From positions 1 through 64,000 of the forward strand of contig CAVYNY010000030.1 of NCBI GenBank assembly GCA_963769935.1: a DNA stretch of 64,000 nt, given 5' to 3'. A model generated the notes under the pieces. That model saw only the letters and a program-made list of their open reading frames with translations. It was not told where the DNA came from and did not search any database. Shown here piece by piece: positions 48,823 to 58,655 of the stretch. Source of the stretch: an uncultured delta proteobacterium. Lineage in GTDB: Bacteria > Desulfobacterota > Desulfobacteria > Desulfobacterales > JAFDCJ01. Each line of letters opens with the position of its first letter. Position 1 is the stretch's first letter. The position numbers were made by a program, and so were the translations under genes.

Positions 48823-50172
48823 TCAAACGACTCCCTGATCCAGCATGGCCTCCGCCACTTTCACAAAACCGGTAATGTTGGCGCCGTTTAAATAGTTGCC
48901 CGGAGTACCGTATTCCTCGGCCGCGTCCAGACAGGATTGGTGAATCCCTTTCATGATAATCTTCAATCGTTCATCCACTTCTTCTGCGAGCCAGTTCAGG
49001 CGCATGCTGTTTTGAACCATTTCAAGGCCGGATACCGCAACACCGCCGGCATTGGCCGCTTTGCCGGGTGCATACAGCAGGGGTTTATCCAGAAAGATAT
49101 CGATGGCTTCGGGGGTGCAGGGCATATTGGCACCTTCGCATACCAGTTTGACATTGTTGTTGATAAGATTGTAGGCATCTTTTTCAGCGATCTCGTTCTG
49201 GGTGGCACAGGGAAACGCACAGGTGGCCCGATGATACCACAACGGGTTGTAATCCAGACTGTGGTCAACCGGGGTGTACACGGCGCTGCTGAACTTGTCG
49301 GCATATTCCTGAATTCTTCCGCGCCGGACATTTTTCAGCACTTTCACGTAGGCCAGCTTTTGAGCGTCGATCCCGTCAGGATCATAAATATATCCGGATG
49401 AATCAGAGAGGGTGACCACTTTGGCACCCATTTCGATGAGCTTTTCCGCAGTATGCTGGGCCACATTACCGGAGCCGGAAACCAGACATATCCGGCCGTC
49501 AAAAGTCATATTGCGGGTGGCCAGCATTTCGGCGGCAAAATAGACACAACCGTAGCCGGCTGCCTGGGCGCGGATCAGACTGCCGCCCCAATTAAGGCCT
49601 TTGCCCGTCAGCGCGCCGGTAAACTCGTTGTTCAACTTTTTGAACATGCCGAATAGATAGCCGATCTCCCTGGATCCGACCCCAATATCGCCGGCAACGA
49701 TATCCGTATTGGCACCGATATGAAGGTAAAGCTCGGTCATAAAATTCTGGCAAAACCGCATCATTTCGCCATCCGACTTGCCTTTGGGATCGAAATCGGA
49801 CCCTCCGGCGCCTCCTCCCAGCGGCAAGGTCGTCAGGGCATTTTTAAAGACCTGCTCGAAAGCCAAAAATTTCAGGATGCTTTGATTGACGGAGGGATGA
49901 AAACGTAAGCCGCTTTTATACGGTCCGATGGCACTGTTCATCTCCACGAGGTACCCGCGATTGACCTTTACGTTTCCCACGTCATCCAGCCAGGGCACCC
50001 GAAAAGTAACGATCCGCTCGGGTTCGACGATCCTTTCCACGATGGCCGCCCGATGGTATTGGGGATTTTGATCCAGCACCGGTTTGACGCTGTCCACAAC
50101 TTCAGTTACGGCTTGATAAAATTCTTTTTCATGGGGATCTCTTGCCTTTATGGTTTCCAGAATCGTGGACAT
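48823..50172 (-). CDS. NADP-glutamate dehydrogenase homologue with catalytic Lys replaced by Ala
   Basis: EPER, GPYKSGLRFHP, KFLAFEQVFKNALT, GGGAGGSDFDP, AGDIGVG, SGSGNVA, EGANMP, KAANAGGV. Confidence 0.9.
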   Translation of the reverse strand: MSTILETIKARDPHEKEFYQAVTEVVDSVKPVLDQNPQYHRAAIVERIVEPERIVTFRVPWLDDVGNVKVNRGYLVEMNSAIGPYKSGLRFHPSVNQSILKFLAFEQVFKNALTTLPLGGGAGGSDFDPKGKSDGEMMRFCQNFMTELYLHIGANTDIVAGDIGVGSREIGYLFGMFKKLNNEFTGALTGKGLNWGGSLIRAQAAGYGCVYFAAEMLATRNMTFDGRICLVSGSGNVAQHTAEKLIEMGAKVVTLSDSSGYIYDPDGIDAQKLAYVKVLKNVRRGRIQEYADKFSSAVYTPVDHSLDYNPLWYHRATCAFPCATQNEIAEKDAYNLINNNVKLVCEGANMPCTPEAIDIFLDKPLLYAPGKAANAGGVAVSGLEMVQNSMRLNWLAEEVDERLKIIMKGIHQSCLDAAEEYGTPGNYLNGANITGFVKVAEAMLDQGVV

Positions 50173-50229
50173 TTCACCTCCCTGTCAGGATAAAATTTTA
50201 CCCCGGCGAAATTAAAATTCATCACATAA

Positions 50230-50484
50230 TCAGGCTTTCGTGTAAACCCCTTTCTCCAGAGTCTTAATTTTGCCCTGTTTCTTGAGTTTGAAAATTATGT
50301 TGGCAACTTTTTTCTGGTTATAGCCTGTCTTTTCTTTGATGGCAGCGGTACCCGCACCTTTTTTGGCGCGGCCGATGACCGTCAGTACTGCGTCGGCGGC
50401 GGTGGTGGGAGACTTGACAGTTTTGTTATTTGCTACTGATAAAAATTGGCCACCATATCTGGGGCCACCTTTGCTTCTCGGCAA
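50230..50484 (-). CDS. Small basic winged-helix-like protein, probably 5'-truncated
   Basis: TAADAVLTVI...IKEKTGYNQKKVANIIFKLKKQGKIKTLEKGVY; TTG start only. Confidence 0.5.
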   Translation of the reverse strand: MPRSKGGPRYGGQFLSVANNKTVKSPTTAADAVLTVIGRAKKGAGTAAIKEKTGYNQKKVANIIFKLKKQGKIKTLEKGVYTKA

Positions 50485-50576
50485 GTATCGTCATATTTTA
50501 CTGGTTTGTCAATCTAATTAATCCGCCGTGAAAAATAGCACTTCCAGGGTTGCGAATTGATCTTTGAAATCGGAGT

Positions 50577-51425
50577 TTACCGGCAGGCAACGACTATTCC
50601 GGACCATAACTCTTCAAATCTTTTCCAGGGCCACTTCTTGCGGCCCGATGATATTGGGTCGCCGACGACCAGAAATTTCGCATTCGTTTCCAACACACAA
50701 ACCATCTGATTCGTTTGGTAGGAAAATTTTATTCCGGCAAGAAAAGGTTTGGCTATATGGCGCAGGTCTTTTAATTCGGGGACCATCAGGGTAACTCGCT
50801 CCGGTCGTCCAAGCTGCCGGAGTTTCTTTTGAAGACCATAGGCTGCCTGTTGGGGAGACACTCCCGCCCGCGGCGCCGTCATGGACAATCCCGCCATTTC
50901 ACCCTCGGTGGCCTTTATCCCCATCGCATTCAACAGGGTGGTCATTGCGGCAGCACCGCAGGTCTCAAACGAACTCTGCCGGCATACACCGTCCACCATC
51001 GTTCCCCTGTAACCATAGATTAGCGGCTTCCCGAGGTGCCAGAAAGTCTGTTGAACAACAACCAGGAATAGTATAACTACCGTAATTAAAACTGCACGAC
51101 GGTTCCGCCGCGGGACGAGATGACTGATAAAGGCAAAAAAGAGAACCGTAAAAGGAAGCCAAAAATCCTTTTGAATTACGGCGTATACGTCGATCGGCAT
51201 AAGGCGCGCCTCGAGCAGAGGGAAAATTGAAAAAATCAATTTCAAAAAAATCGGCAGGAGGGCCAGCAAGGCACCTGCCATTGCCCATTTTCGGCGACCC
51301 ATGTGAACGCGGTTCTTCTGTGGGGTGACGGGTAAAGACGGGTTCTTATTCGATATCGGCACAAAGGCTATAATTGCTGAAATAAAAGCCGTAGCTGTGA
51401 TGATAAAAAATATATTAGGCGCCAT
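50577..51425 (-). CDS. Membrane protein with peptidase C39-like domain
   Basis: About 4 TM segments; RQSSFETCGAAA; VVGDP; Gln at expected His. Confidence 0.7.
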   Translation of the reverse strand: MAPNIFFIITATAFISAIIAFVPISNKNPSLPVTPQKNRVHMGRRKWAMAGALLALLPIFLKLIFSIFPLLEARLMPIDVYAVIQKDFWLPFTVLFFAFISHLVPRRNRRAVLITVVILFLVVVQQTFWHLGKPLIYGYRGTMVDGVCRQSSFETCGAAAMTTLLNAMGIKATEGEMAGLSMTAPRAGVSPQQAAYGLQKKLRQLGRPERVTLMVPELKDLRHIAKPFLAGIKFSYQTNQMVCVLETNAKFLVVGDPISSGRKKWPWKRFEELWSGIVVACR

Positions 51426-51692
51426 TGTAAAATTCCCTTTTTATACCGCCATCCACAGGAGCAGGCGTCTGAACTATGCGTCTGCGCCGTGGGGTTGGAG
51501 CCGGGCGCAAAGCTTTCGATATCAGATCATACAAAGCGCCATATTCAATTCTGCTTTCGCCGCTTTTATTGATTGATATTTAAACTGCCTGCAAGCTCAG
51601 ACGGGAAGAACGCTGTGAATGTATGCACAATGATTTTTGTCGTTCTGTATATTTATCGGCATTTTACAAGTGAACTTTAGACGGGGGGATGG

Positions 51693-53234
51693 CTAGGGGG
51701 TGAGTTCCTGCTGCAGCCGGGCGATATCTTCAAAATTCCCGCTCACGGATCGATAAAGCTTTAGATACAGCGGGTAAATTTTCTGGTAGAGGACGGCATT
51801 CTCTTTCCGCGGTAGACATGATCTGCCTGCTTTCATGAAATCTTTAAGGCTTTCCAGGGATTGGACCCAGCCGGTGCCGAGCATGGCCCAATACGCCGCA
51901 CCCAGACAGGATGTCTCGCCCCAGGGTGGAACAAGCATTTGGCGGTTCAGGACATCGGTGACAACCTGCAGCCAGAAGTCCGATTGGGTGAACCCGCCCG
52001 AAGCGATAATCTGTTTCACCTCGACGCCGACTTCGGCCAGAACATCGCTCAAGCTCTTGAAACGAAACGCTATGCCTTCCACCAGCGCTCGACTGAGATG
52101 GGTGGCACCATGCGCGAGACCTATACCGAAGAAGGCTGCGCGGGCATTTAGATTCCAATAGGGGCTGCGCTCCCCGGCAAAAAAGGGCAGGCAGATGACG
52201 CCGCCGGACCCCGTCGGCGATTGGCTCGCCAGGGCCAGGACATCTTCAAAGGAAAGGGCCGGCACGGCGGCAGAATCGGAGAACACCTGGTTCAGACAGT
52301 CCCTGAGCCAGGACAGCGCCACCCCACCGTTGTTAATCGCCCCGCCGACAAGCCAGTGCGCTTGATCAACGACGTAGCACCAGCTGCGGGCCTGCCGGTC
52401 AAGAATCGGCTGTGGACACAATACGCGGAGCGCGCCGCTGGTTCCGACCATGCAGGTTGCCTGCCAGGGCAACACCGCTCCGGCCCCCAGATTTGAATTG
52501 GCCGCATCCGAGGAACCGAGTACCACCGGCACTTTCCGGCGAATACCCATTTGGCGGGCCATGTCCGGGTCCAGTCCGTCATGAACCGTCAGTGGGGAGC
52601 CGGGTGCTGTCAGCTGATCTTGTCGGATGCCCGCCGCATCGAGGCACAAGGGTTCCCAGGCGAGTGAATGCGTGTTCAGCAAGCCCGAACCGGCCGCCAG
52701 GCAATAATCCAGCAGGTACTCTCCGGTCAGGCGGGCGAAAACATATTCCTTGGCGGTCACGTACCGCCAGGCGTTCCGGAACACCTCCGGTCTGTTTTCG
52801 CGCAGCCACATGATTTTGTAAAGTGGATACATCCCGTGGATCGGACAACCGGTATACTCGTACAGCCGGGCAGCCAGCGGCAGTCTCCGCACGGCTTCAG
52901 CCTGATCCACAGCCCGTCCGTCCGCCCAGGTGATCACGCCGGTCAGCGGCTCGCCGTGCCGGTCGAGCGCCAACAGGCTGTGAAGCGCTCCGCCGACACT
53001 TATTCCGGCGCACTTGTCCGCAGCGACGCCGGCCCCGGCCAATGCATTTCTAACCGAGGCGATCGCCGCCTGCAGAAGTACCCGGGGGTTCTGCTCCTGC
53101 CATCGATCGTGGGCGTCGCTGCCGGCATATTCGCCCACCCCGAAGCCGAGAATATCAGCGTTTCCATCGATCACGACGCTCTTGCAGCTGCCTGTTCCCA
53201 GATCGATTCCAAGAAACCATGTTGAGTCTGTCAT
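51693..53234 (-). CDS. gntK: FGGY carbohydrate kinase, gluconokinase-like
   Basis: LGIDLGTGSCK, ITWADGRA, TGCPIHGMYP, VGTSGALR, GGAINNGG, GERSPYW. Confidence 0.7.
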   Translation of the reverse strand: MTDSTWFLGIDLGTGSCKSVVIDGNADILGFGVGEYAGSDAHDRWQEQNPRVLLQAAIASVRNALAGAGVAADKCAGISVGGALHSLLALDRHGEPLTGVITWADGRAVDQAEAVRRLPLAARLYEYTGCPIHGMYPLYKIMWLRENRPEVFRNAWRYVTAKEYVFARLTGEYLLDYCLAAGSGLLNTHSLAWEPLCLDAAGIRQDQLTAPGSPLTVHDGLDPDMARQMGIRRKVPVVLGSSDAANSNLGAGAVLPWQATCMVGTSGALRVLCPQPILDRQARSWCYVVDQAHWLVGGAINNGGVALSWLRDCLNQVFSDSAAVPALSFEDVLALASQSPTGSGGVICLPFFAGERSPYWNLNARAAFFGIGLAHGATHLSRALVEGIAFRFKSLSDVLAEVGVEVKQIIASGGFTQSDFWLQVVTDVLNRQMLVPPWGETSCLGAAYWAMLGTGWVQSLESLKDFMKAGRSCLPRKENAVLYQKIYPLYLKLYRSVSGNFEDIARLQQELTP

Positions 53235-53377
53235 TTTATCACCAGCCGTCGCTGTTCGTATACAGGGTTCCGTCAATTAAAAATATAAGTGACTAATTTT
53301 GTGAAAATCACGCGCTTAACAAAAATCATGAGATTTTATTGTATTTTAAAACTTTACCAATGCAACTGGTTTAGAAT

Positions 53378-54454
53378 TTACTTTGAGATCATCCTGTGTT
53401 CGTATACTTCCGGGTTGACGATGTGGGCGGGACGTTCTCCCCGCAGGACCGCCAGGCAGGCGTCGAGCGACATCCGGCCCATGGCGTTCACGGCCTCATC
53501 GGTGTGCGCCCCCATGTGAGGCGAAGCAATAACCTGAGGCATCCGCAGCAGCGGATGGTCCGGCCCCGGCGGTTCCTTGCAAAAACAGTCCAGCGCGGCG
53601 CCCGCCAGATGTTCTTTGTCAAGCGCCTGCTGCAGAGCGGCTTCATCGATCAGTTCACCCCGGGCGGTGTTTACCAGCAAGGCGCCCGCTTTCATTTTGT
53701 ACAGAAACTCGGCGTTAACCATGCCGGCGTTGGCGGCGGTGGCCGCGGTATGCAGGGAAACGACATCCGATAATGCCAGCAGCTCATCGAGGGCCACCAG
53801 GCTGACCGCCCCCCCGGCCGCCGCATCCGGCTGAATATAGGGGTCCGAAGCAAGAAGCCGGCAACCGAAAGCACGCAATCTCAGGGCAACCTCCCTGCCG
53901 ATCACCCCGAAGCCAACCAGACCCACGGTCTTGCCCCGCAGACCGACTCCGGCATAGCGGGGCCATTCCCCGCGGCGTGTGGCCTGATCCGCCTGGCAGA
54001 TATGGCGGCCCAGCGCGATCATCAATCCGACGGCCAGTTCGGCCACGGCAGCCGAATTGGCCCCCGGCGTGTTTGCCACGACGATGCCGCGCCGCGTGGC
54101 CGCCGCGACATCCACCCGGTCCACCCCCACCCCGTAACGCGCGATCACCTTCAACCGCTTGGCCGCCGCCAGCGCCGGTGCGTCGATTTGATCCAGGCCG
54201 GCGATCAACCCGTCGGCGTCTATTAGAAGCTCGGCCAGTTCGGCGGATGCGAGGGGTCGGCCGAATGGATTGTAATTCACCGCACCGACTGTTTTTTCCA
54301 GGGTGGACTTAAGATCGGGGTTCCCCTTGGCGAACGAGGTCGGGGTTACCAGGACGCGGCATCCGGAAAGATCTTCACGTTTTTTGGGGCGTATAGCGAA
54401 ATTTGAGACCATCGGGCGTATTCCAGAGTTTTTGGCGGCTTCAGGCTGAACCAT
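53378..54454 (-). CDS. D-2-hydroxyacid dehydrogenase (phosphoglycerate dehydrogenase-like, no ACT domain)
   Basis: RYGVGVD, NTPGAN, GFGVIG, NTARG, ALDCFCKEP, PHMG. Confidence 0.9.
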   Translation of the reverse strand: MVQPEAAKNSGIRPMVSNFAIRPKKREDLSGCRVLVTPTSFAKGNPDLKSTLEKTVGAVNYNPFGRPLASAELAELLIDADGLIAGLDQIDAPALAAAKRLKVIARYGVGVDRVDVAAATRRGIVVANTPGANSAAVAELAVGLMIALGRHICQADQATRRGEWPRYAGVGLRGKTVGLVGFGVIGREVALRLRAFGCRLLASDPYIQPDAAAGGAVSLVALDELLALSDVVSLHTAATAANAGMVNAEFLYKMKAGALLVNTARGELIDEAALQQALDKEHLAGAALDCFCKEPPGPDHPLLRMPQVIASPHMGAHTDEAVNAMGRMSLDACLAVLRGERPAHIVNPEVYEHRMISK

Positions 54455-54608
54455 TTGTCGTGTGTCGAACTTTATACCATTTGCCTATACAAAAAACAAT
54501 TGAATGGACGCGAACCAGCCGTCCGTCCTGAAAAACAACCTGCTGTGGGGTGCAAACGGTGATTTGAAAACTGGAGCAAGTTGTTAAATCGAAGGTCCGG
54601 CGGATCAA

Positions 54609-55760
54609 TTACCAGAGGTTTTGTTCATTTGCTGGATCTAAATTGCCGGTAAACTTCAAAGGCAAAAGCAGCTGTCGATGTTTAGCGGCTTGGCTGGCAT
54701 GGATCGGCTGATCGTCGAAATTGGAAACCGAAATCCCCAGCAATCTGACTTTCTTCACGCCTGCCTCGGTTTTTGACAACAAGGGTCGGATGTATCTCAT
54801 AATAACCGAAGCTCTGTCAGCCGGCTCATCAATCGTAACGCTTCTGGTAATGGACTGAAAATCAAAATATTTAACTTTAAGGGTGACCGTCCGTCCCTTG
54901 GCCTCGCGTTTCAGCAACGAATCTTCCAAATCGCCGGCAAGGCTTTCCAGGATCTCAAGCATCCGGTCCGTATCGTCGATGTCCTGGGCAAAGGTTGTCT
55001 CTTGACCGATGGATTTTCGAATTCGGTTGGGCTCGACCGGCCTGTCATCCAATCCGTGGGCAATGTCATAAAAATAAATTCCCGATTTGCCGAAAAGCTG
55101 TATCAGCTGTTCCTTTTTTAATTTCTTGAGATCGGCACCGGTTTTGATCCCGATTTTGAGCATCTTCTCTTCCGTAACCCTGCCGACTCCGAAGAACTTT
55201 CTGATGGGCAATCTATCGATGAATTCGTCCGCCATTTCAGGGGTAATGACCGTTATCCCATCCGGTTTGTTCATGTCAGAGGCAACTTTGGCCAGAAACT
55301 TGTTGAATGAAACACCGGCTGAGGCAGTGAGTTGGCCGGTCCGCTGATAGATCTGGCGCTTGATTTCACGGGCGATCAGGGTCGCAGACGGCATCTCCTT
55401 GTAATTCTGCGTCACATCGAGAAACGCTTCATCCAGGGACAAAGGCTCAACCAGGCCGGTATATTCATGGAAAATTTCCCTTATTTGGGCCGACACCGCT
55501 CGATACACATCAAATCTGGCCCGCATAAACACGGCATCCGGACAAAGTCGGTAGGCCGTGGCCGAAGCCATGGCAGAGTGCACCCCGAATTTTCTGGCTT
55601 CATAGGAGCACGCCGCCACCACCCCGCGGGAGTTTGGTTCACCGCCCACAATGACAGGTTTGCCCTTTAATTCAGGTCGGTCCCGCTGCTCGACGGAAGC
55701 ATAAAAAGCATCCATGTCGATATGGATTATTTTACGGATAGATGAACCCTTAGGTAGCAT
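54609..55760 (-). CDS. dinB: DNA polymerase IV
   Basis: IHIDMDAFYASVE, SYEARKFGV, SLDEAFLD, KFLAKVAS, RLLGI. Confidence 0.97.
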   Translation of the reverse strand: MLPKGSSIRKIIHIDMDAFYASVEQRDRPELKGKPVIVGGEPNSRGVVAACSYEARKFGVHSAMASATAYRLCPDAVFMRARFDVYRAVSAQIREIFHEYTGLVEPLSLDEAFLDVTQNYKEMPSATLIAREIKRQIYQRTGQLTASAGVSFNKFLAKVASDMNKPDGITVITPEMADEFIDRLPIRKFFGVGRVTEEKMLKIGIKTGADLKKLKKEQLIQLFGKSGIYFYDIAHGLDDRPVEPNRIRKSIGQETTFAQDIDDTDRMLEILESLAGDLEDSLLKREAKGRTVTLKVKYFDFQSITRSVTIDEPADRASVIMRYIRPLLSKTEAGVKKVRLLGISVSNFDDQPIHASQAAKHRQLLLPLKFTGNLDPANEQNLW

Positions 55761-56114
55761 AAAATCTTTTCTTGAATTCAGTCGTTGTAATGAAAGTCAT
55801 CGGTAATATTACGCGATCCTGGAATAATGGAATGCTGGAATAAATCTTTATAGGCACTCCGGCTGCCGGCTGATGATAGTTATTCTGGTTTTTACTGAAA
55901 TTTGATCGAATCTGTCAAATCGCCGTGCGAAAGTATTATGATCTTGAGGGCACTGAAACAAAAAATTTAATTTCACATTGATTTCATTGCATTTGGTAAT
56001 TATCTAAATAACTATCGGATCAATCGGCAAAAAAGGCAATATCGACATATTAAAAAAGTAAGGCTTGCCGAGTTCGAGAATTCATACCGGACGTATAAAG
56101 AAGGAAAGCAGGGC

Positions 56115-58253
56115 ATGCAAAAGTCGACCGGGAATCTTCATCAGCGGCTGCGGGTATTGGCTCAAAACCTATGGTGGACATGGCATCCGGAGGTCATCCG
56201 GCTGTTTACCGATCTGGATCAGCATCTTTGGCGGGAGGTGGATCATAATCCGATTGCGTTTTTGAACCGCATGAGTCCCGAAAAGATCGAGCAGCGGGCA
56301 TCCGAACTTGTGCTCCACAGCCGGATAAATCATGCTTTTCGTCGGCTCAACGAATATTTGGAGAAGCCGCTCACCTGGGGCGTCGTACATGGTGGAAGCC
56401 TGTGGAGCCGACCCGTGGTCTATTTTTCGGCAGAATTTGGCTTGCACGAATCGCTTCCGATCTACTCCGGCGGTTTGGGTGTCCTGGCCGGTGATCATCT
56501 GAAGAGTTCGTCCGATCTGGGGATTCCCCTGATCGGAATCGGTCTCTTATATAACCAGGGCTACTTTATGCAGCGCCTGACGAAAGCGGGCTGGCAGGAA
56601 GAAGAATATGTCGACCTGGACGTTAATCAGCTGCCCTTTGAGCCGGTGAGCCGGCCGGACGGCCAGACCCTGGTGATCCGAATCGACACCCGGGATGGAT
56701 TTATACTGGCCAAGCTGTGGCAACTGCAGGTGGGCCGGGTTCGGTTGCTGCTGCTCGACTCGAATGTCGAGGGCAATAAAGATGAGGACCGTATGCTTAC
56801 CTCCCGTCTTTACGGGGGCAATGACCGTACGCGGATTCGTCAGGAGTTGTTATTGGGGATTGGGGGAGCGCGTGTGTTGCAGACGCTCGAAATATTCCCG
56901 GGCGTGCTGCATCTCAACGAGGGCCACAGTGCCTTTGCCATCCTCGAAGAGGTTCGGCGAATCATGGCGGATGATGACATACCGTTCGAGCAGGCGCTGG
57001 CGCTGGTATCGCGCTACACCGTGTTTACGACGCATACACCCGTATCCGCCGGACACGACCGATTCACTCCGGAGCTGTTGGAAGAACATCTGGGGGTTTT
57101 CCGTGAGAAACTGGGATTATCGCATGAAGCGCTGATGGCATTGGGCCGTGTAAATCGAGACGATAAGACCGAGCCGTTTTGCATGACCGTGCTGGCTCTG
57201 AAAAATTCGCGTCACGCCAATGCCGTCTCCTCAATCCACGGGGATATCAGCCGCCGCATGTGGCGCGCACTCTGGCCGGACCGGCCCGAGACCGAGATTC
57301 CGATCGGCCACATCACAAACGGCGTTCATGTGCTGTCTTGGATCGCACCGCCGATGTACAAGCTATTTGAAACACGGCTGGCCCATGATTGGCCGACCCG
57401 CATGATACACCCGGATATTTGGGAAAAGGTATCCGAGATTGATCCCGGAGAGCTGTGGGAGGTCCACCAGATTTTAAATATGCGGTTGATCATTTTTGTC
57501 CGGCGGCGATTGCTCCACCAGGCCCAACGACTGGGGGACCATGAAACCATCCAGCAGATCGATCAAATTCTCGACCCGCATATCCTAACCATCGGTTCGG
57601 CCCGGCGATTTGCGACTTATAAGCGGGGGGACCTTGTTCTGTCTCAACCTGAGCGCCTGGTGAATTTGGTGGCGGATTCGAAGCGGCCGATTCAGATCAT
57701 TTTTGCCGGAAAAGCTCATCCGCGCGACGACGAAGGCAAAAAAATTCTGCAGCGAATCATGCAGTCCACAACTGACCCGGCCCTTAAAAGGCGCCTTGTA
57801 TTCGTCGAAGATTACGATTACAATGTTGCCCGCCACCTGGTGCAAGGAGTGGACGTGTGGTTGAATACCCCGCGGCGACCCTTGGAAGCGTGCGGAACCA
57901 GCGGTCAGAAGGTGGTATTGAACGGAGGATTGAACCTCTCCATTCTTGATGGGTGGTGGAATGAGGCGTTTAACGGCAGAAACGGTTTTCCCATCGGCCA
58001 CGGCGGTATGCACAATGATCCCAATGTGCAGGATCGCCGCGACAGCGAATTTCTTTATGAAGCTCTGGAGCAACAAGTGATACCGCTTTACTACGAACGC
58101 GACGAAAGCGGCATCCCGCATCGCTGGATCGAACGGATTAAAGGGTCCATGCAAAGTCTGGGATGGCGGTTTAACGCCGACCGCATGGTCAGAGACTATG
58201 CCGTGCGGTTTTATCTCCCTGCAACCGGAGCCATATCGACAACGACAGACTAG
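56115..58253 (+). CDS. glgP: Alpha-glucan (glycogen) phosphorylase
   Basis: NLWWTW, YSGGLGVLAGD, HLNEGH, ARRFATYKR, GKAHP, EACGTSGQK. Confidence 0.95.
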   Translation: MQKSTGNLHQRLRVLAQNLWWTWHPEVIRLFTDLDQHLWREVDHNPIAFLNRMSPEKIEQRASELVLHSRINHAFRRLNEYLEKPLTWGVVHGGSLWSRPVVYFSAEFGLHESLPIYSGGLGVLAGDHLKSSSDLGIPLIGIGLLYNQGYFMQRLTKAGWQEEEYVDLDVNQLPFEPVSRPDGQTLVIRIDTRDGFILAKLWQLQVGRVRLLLLDSNVEGNKDEDRMLTSRLYGGNDRTRIRQELLLGIGGARVLQTLEIFPGVLHLNEGHSAFAILEEVRRIMADDDIPFEQALALVSRYTVFTTHTPVSAGHDRFTPELLEEHLGVFREKLGLSHEALMALGRVNRDDKTEPFCMTVLALKNSRHANAVSSIHGDISRRMWRALWPDRPETEIPIGHITNGVHVLSWIAPPMYKLFETRLAHDWPTRMIHPDIWEKVSEIDPGELWEVHQILNMRLIIFVRRRLLHQAQRLGDHETIQQIDQILDPHILTIGSARRFATYKRGDLVLSQPERLVNLVADSKRPIQIIFAGKAHPRDDEGKKILQRIMQSTTDPALKRRLVFVEDYDYNVARHLVQGVDVWLNTPRRPLEACGTSGQKVVLNGGLNLSILDGWWNEAFNGRNGFPIGHGGMHNDPNVQDRRDSEFLYEALEQQVIPLYYERDESGIPHRWIERIKGSMQSLGWRFNADRMVRDYAVRFYLPATGAISTTTD

Positions 58254-58276
58254 TCAAACGCCCCTCATGATTGGAT

Positions 58277-58585
58277 TTAAGCCCTTGAAATGATAAAAAT
58301 CGTATCGAGTTTCAAGGTCTGGAAAAGCTCATACAAAGTCTGGGAAAGATTTTCGAGCCGAATTTTACCACCGTTCACCGCCATGTCCTTATAGAAAAGC
58401 AGCAGCTTTCCTATGCCGGCGCTGCCGATGTGGGTTACCTTGTGAAAATCAATAATCAGCTCTTTATGCGAGGCTGAATTCAGTTCACGAAATCGCTGCT
58501 TAAGATCTTCGGCACCCTTCTCGTCGATTTCTCCTTTCACCTCAAAGCGTAAGCGGTCGGCTTCAGAAGTTACTGATATTTCCAT
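58277..58585 (-). CDS. STAS-domain anti-sigma factor antagonist
   Basis: 102 aa; GEID, IDFHKVTHIGSAGIG. Confidence 0.88.
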   Translation of the reverse strand: MEISVTSEADRLRFEVKGEIDEKGAEDLKQRFRELNSASHKELIIDFHKVTHIGSAGIGKLLLFYKDMAVNGGKIRLENLSQTLYELFQTLKLDTIFIISRA

Positions 58586-58655
58586 GTCATTGTTCCTTCC
58601 TTTTTAGCAGGATTTGTTGGGTTTTGCCTTCTAAGACCCAAACAAGATTGAGGTT

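Noticed and set aside
51495..51530. c-di-GMP-I riboswitch suggested by GGGCGCAAAGC
   Set aside because: The upstream GGCAAAC/GAAA stem is missing and the orientation is opposite to the downstream gene.
55760..56110. LexA box upstream of dinB
   Set aside because: No motif I can recognise; the lineage-specific box is unknown to me.
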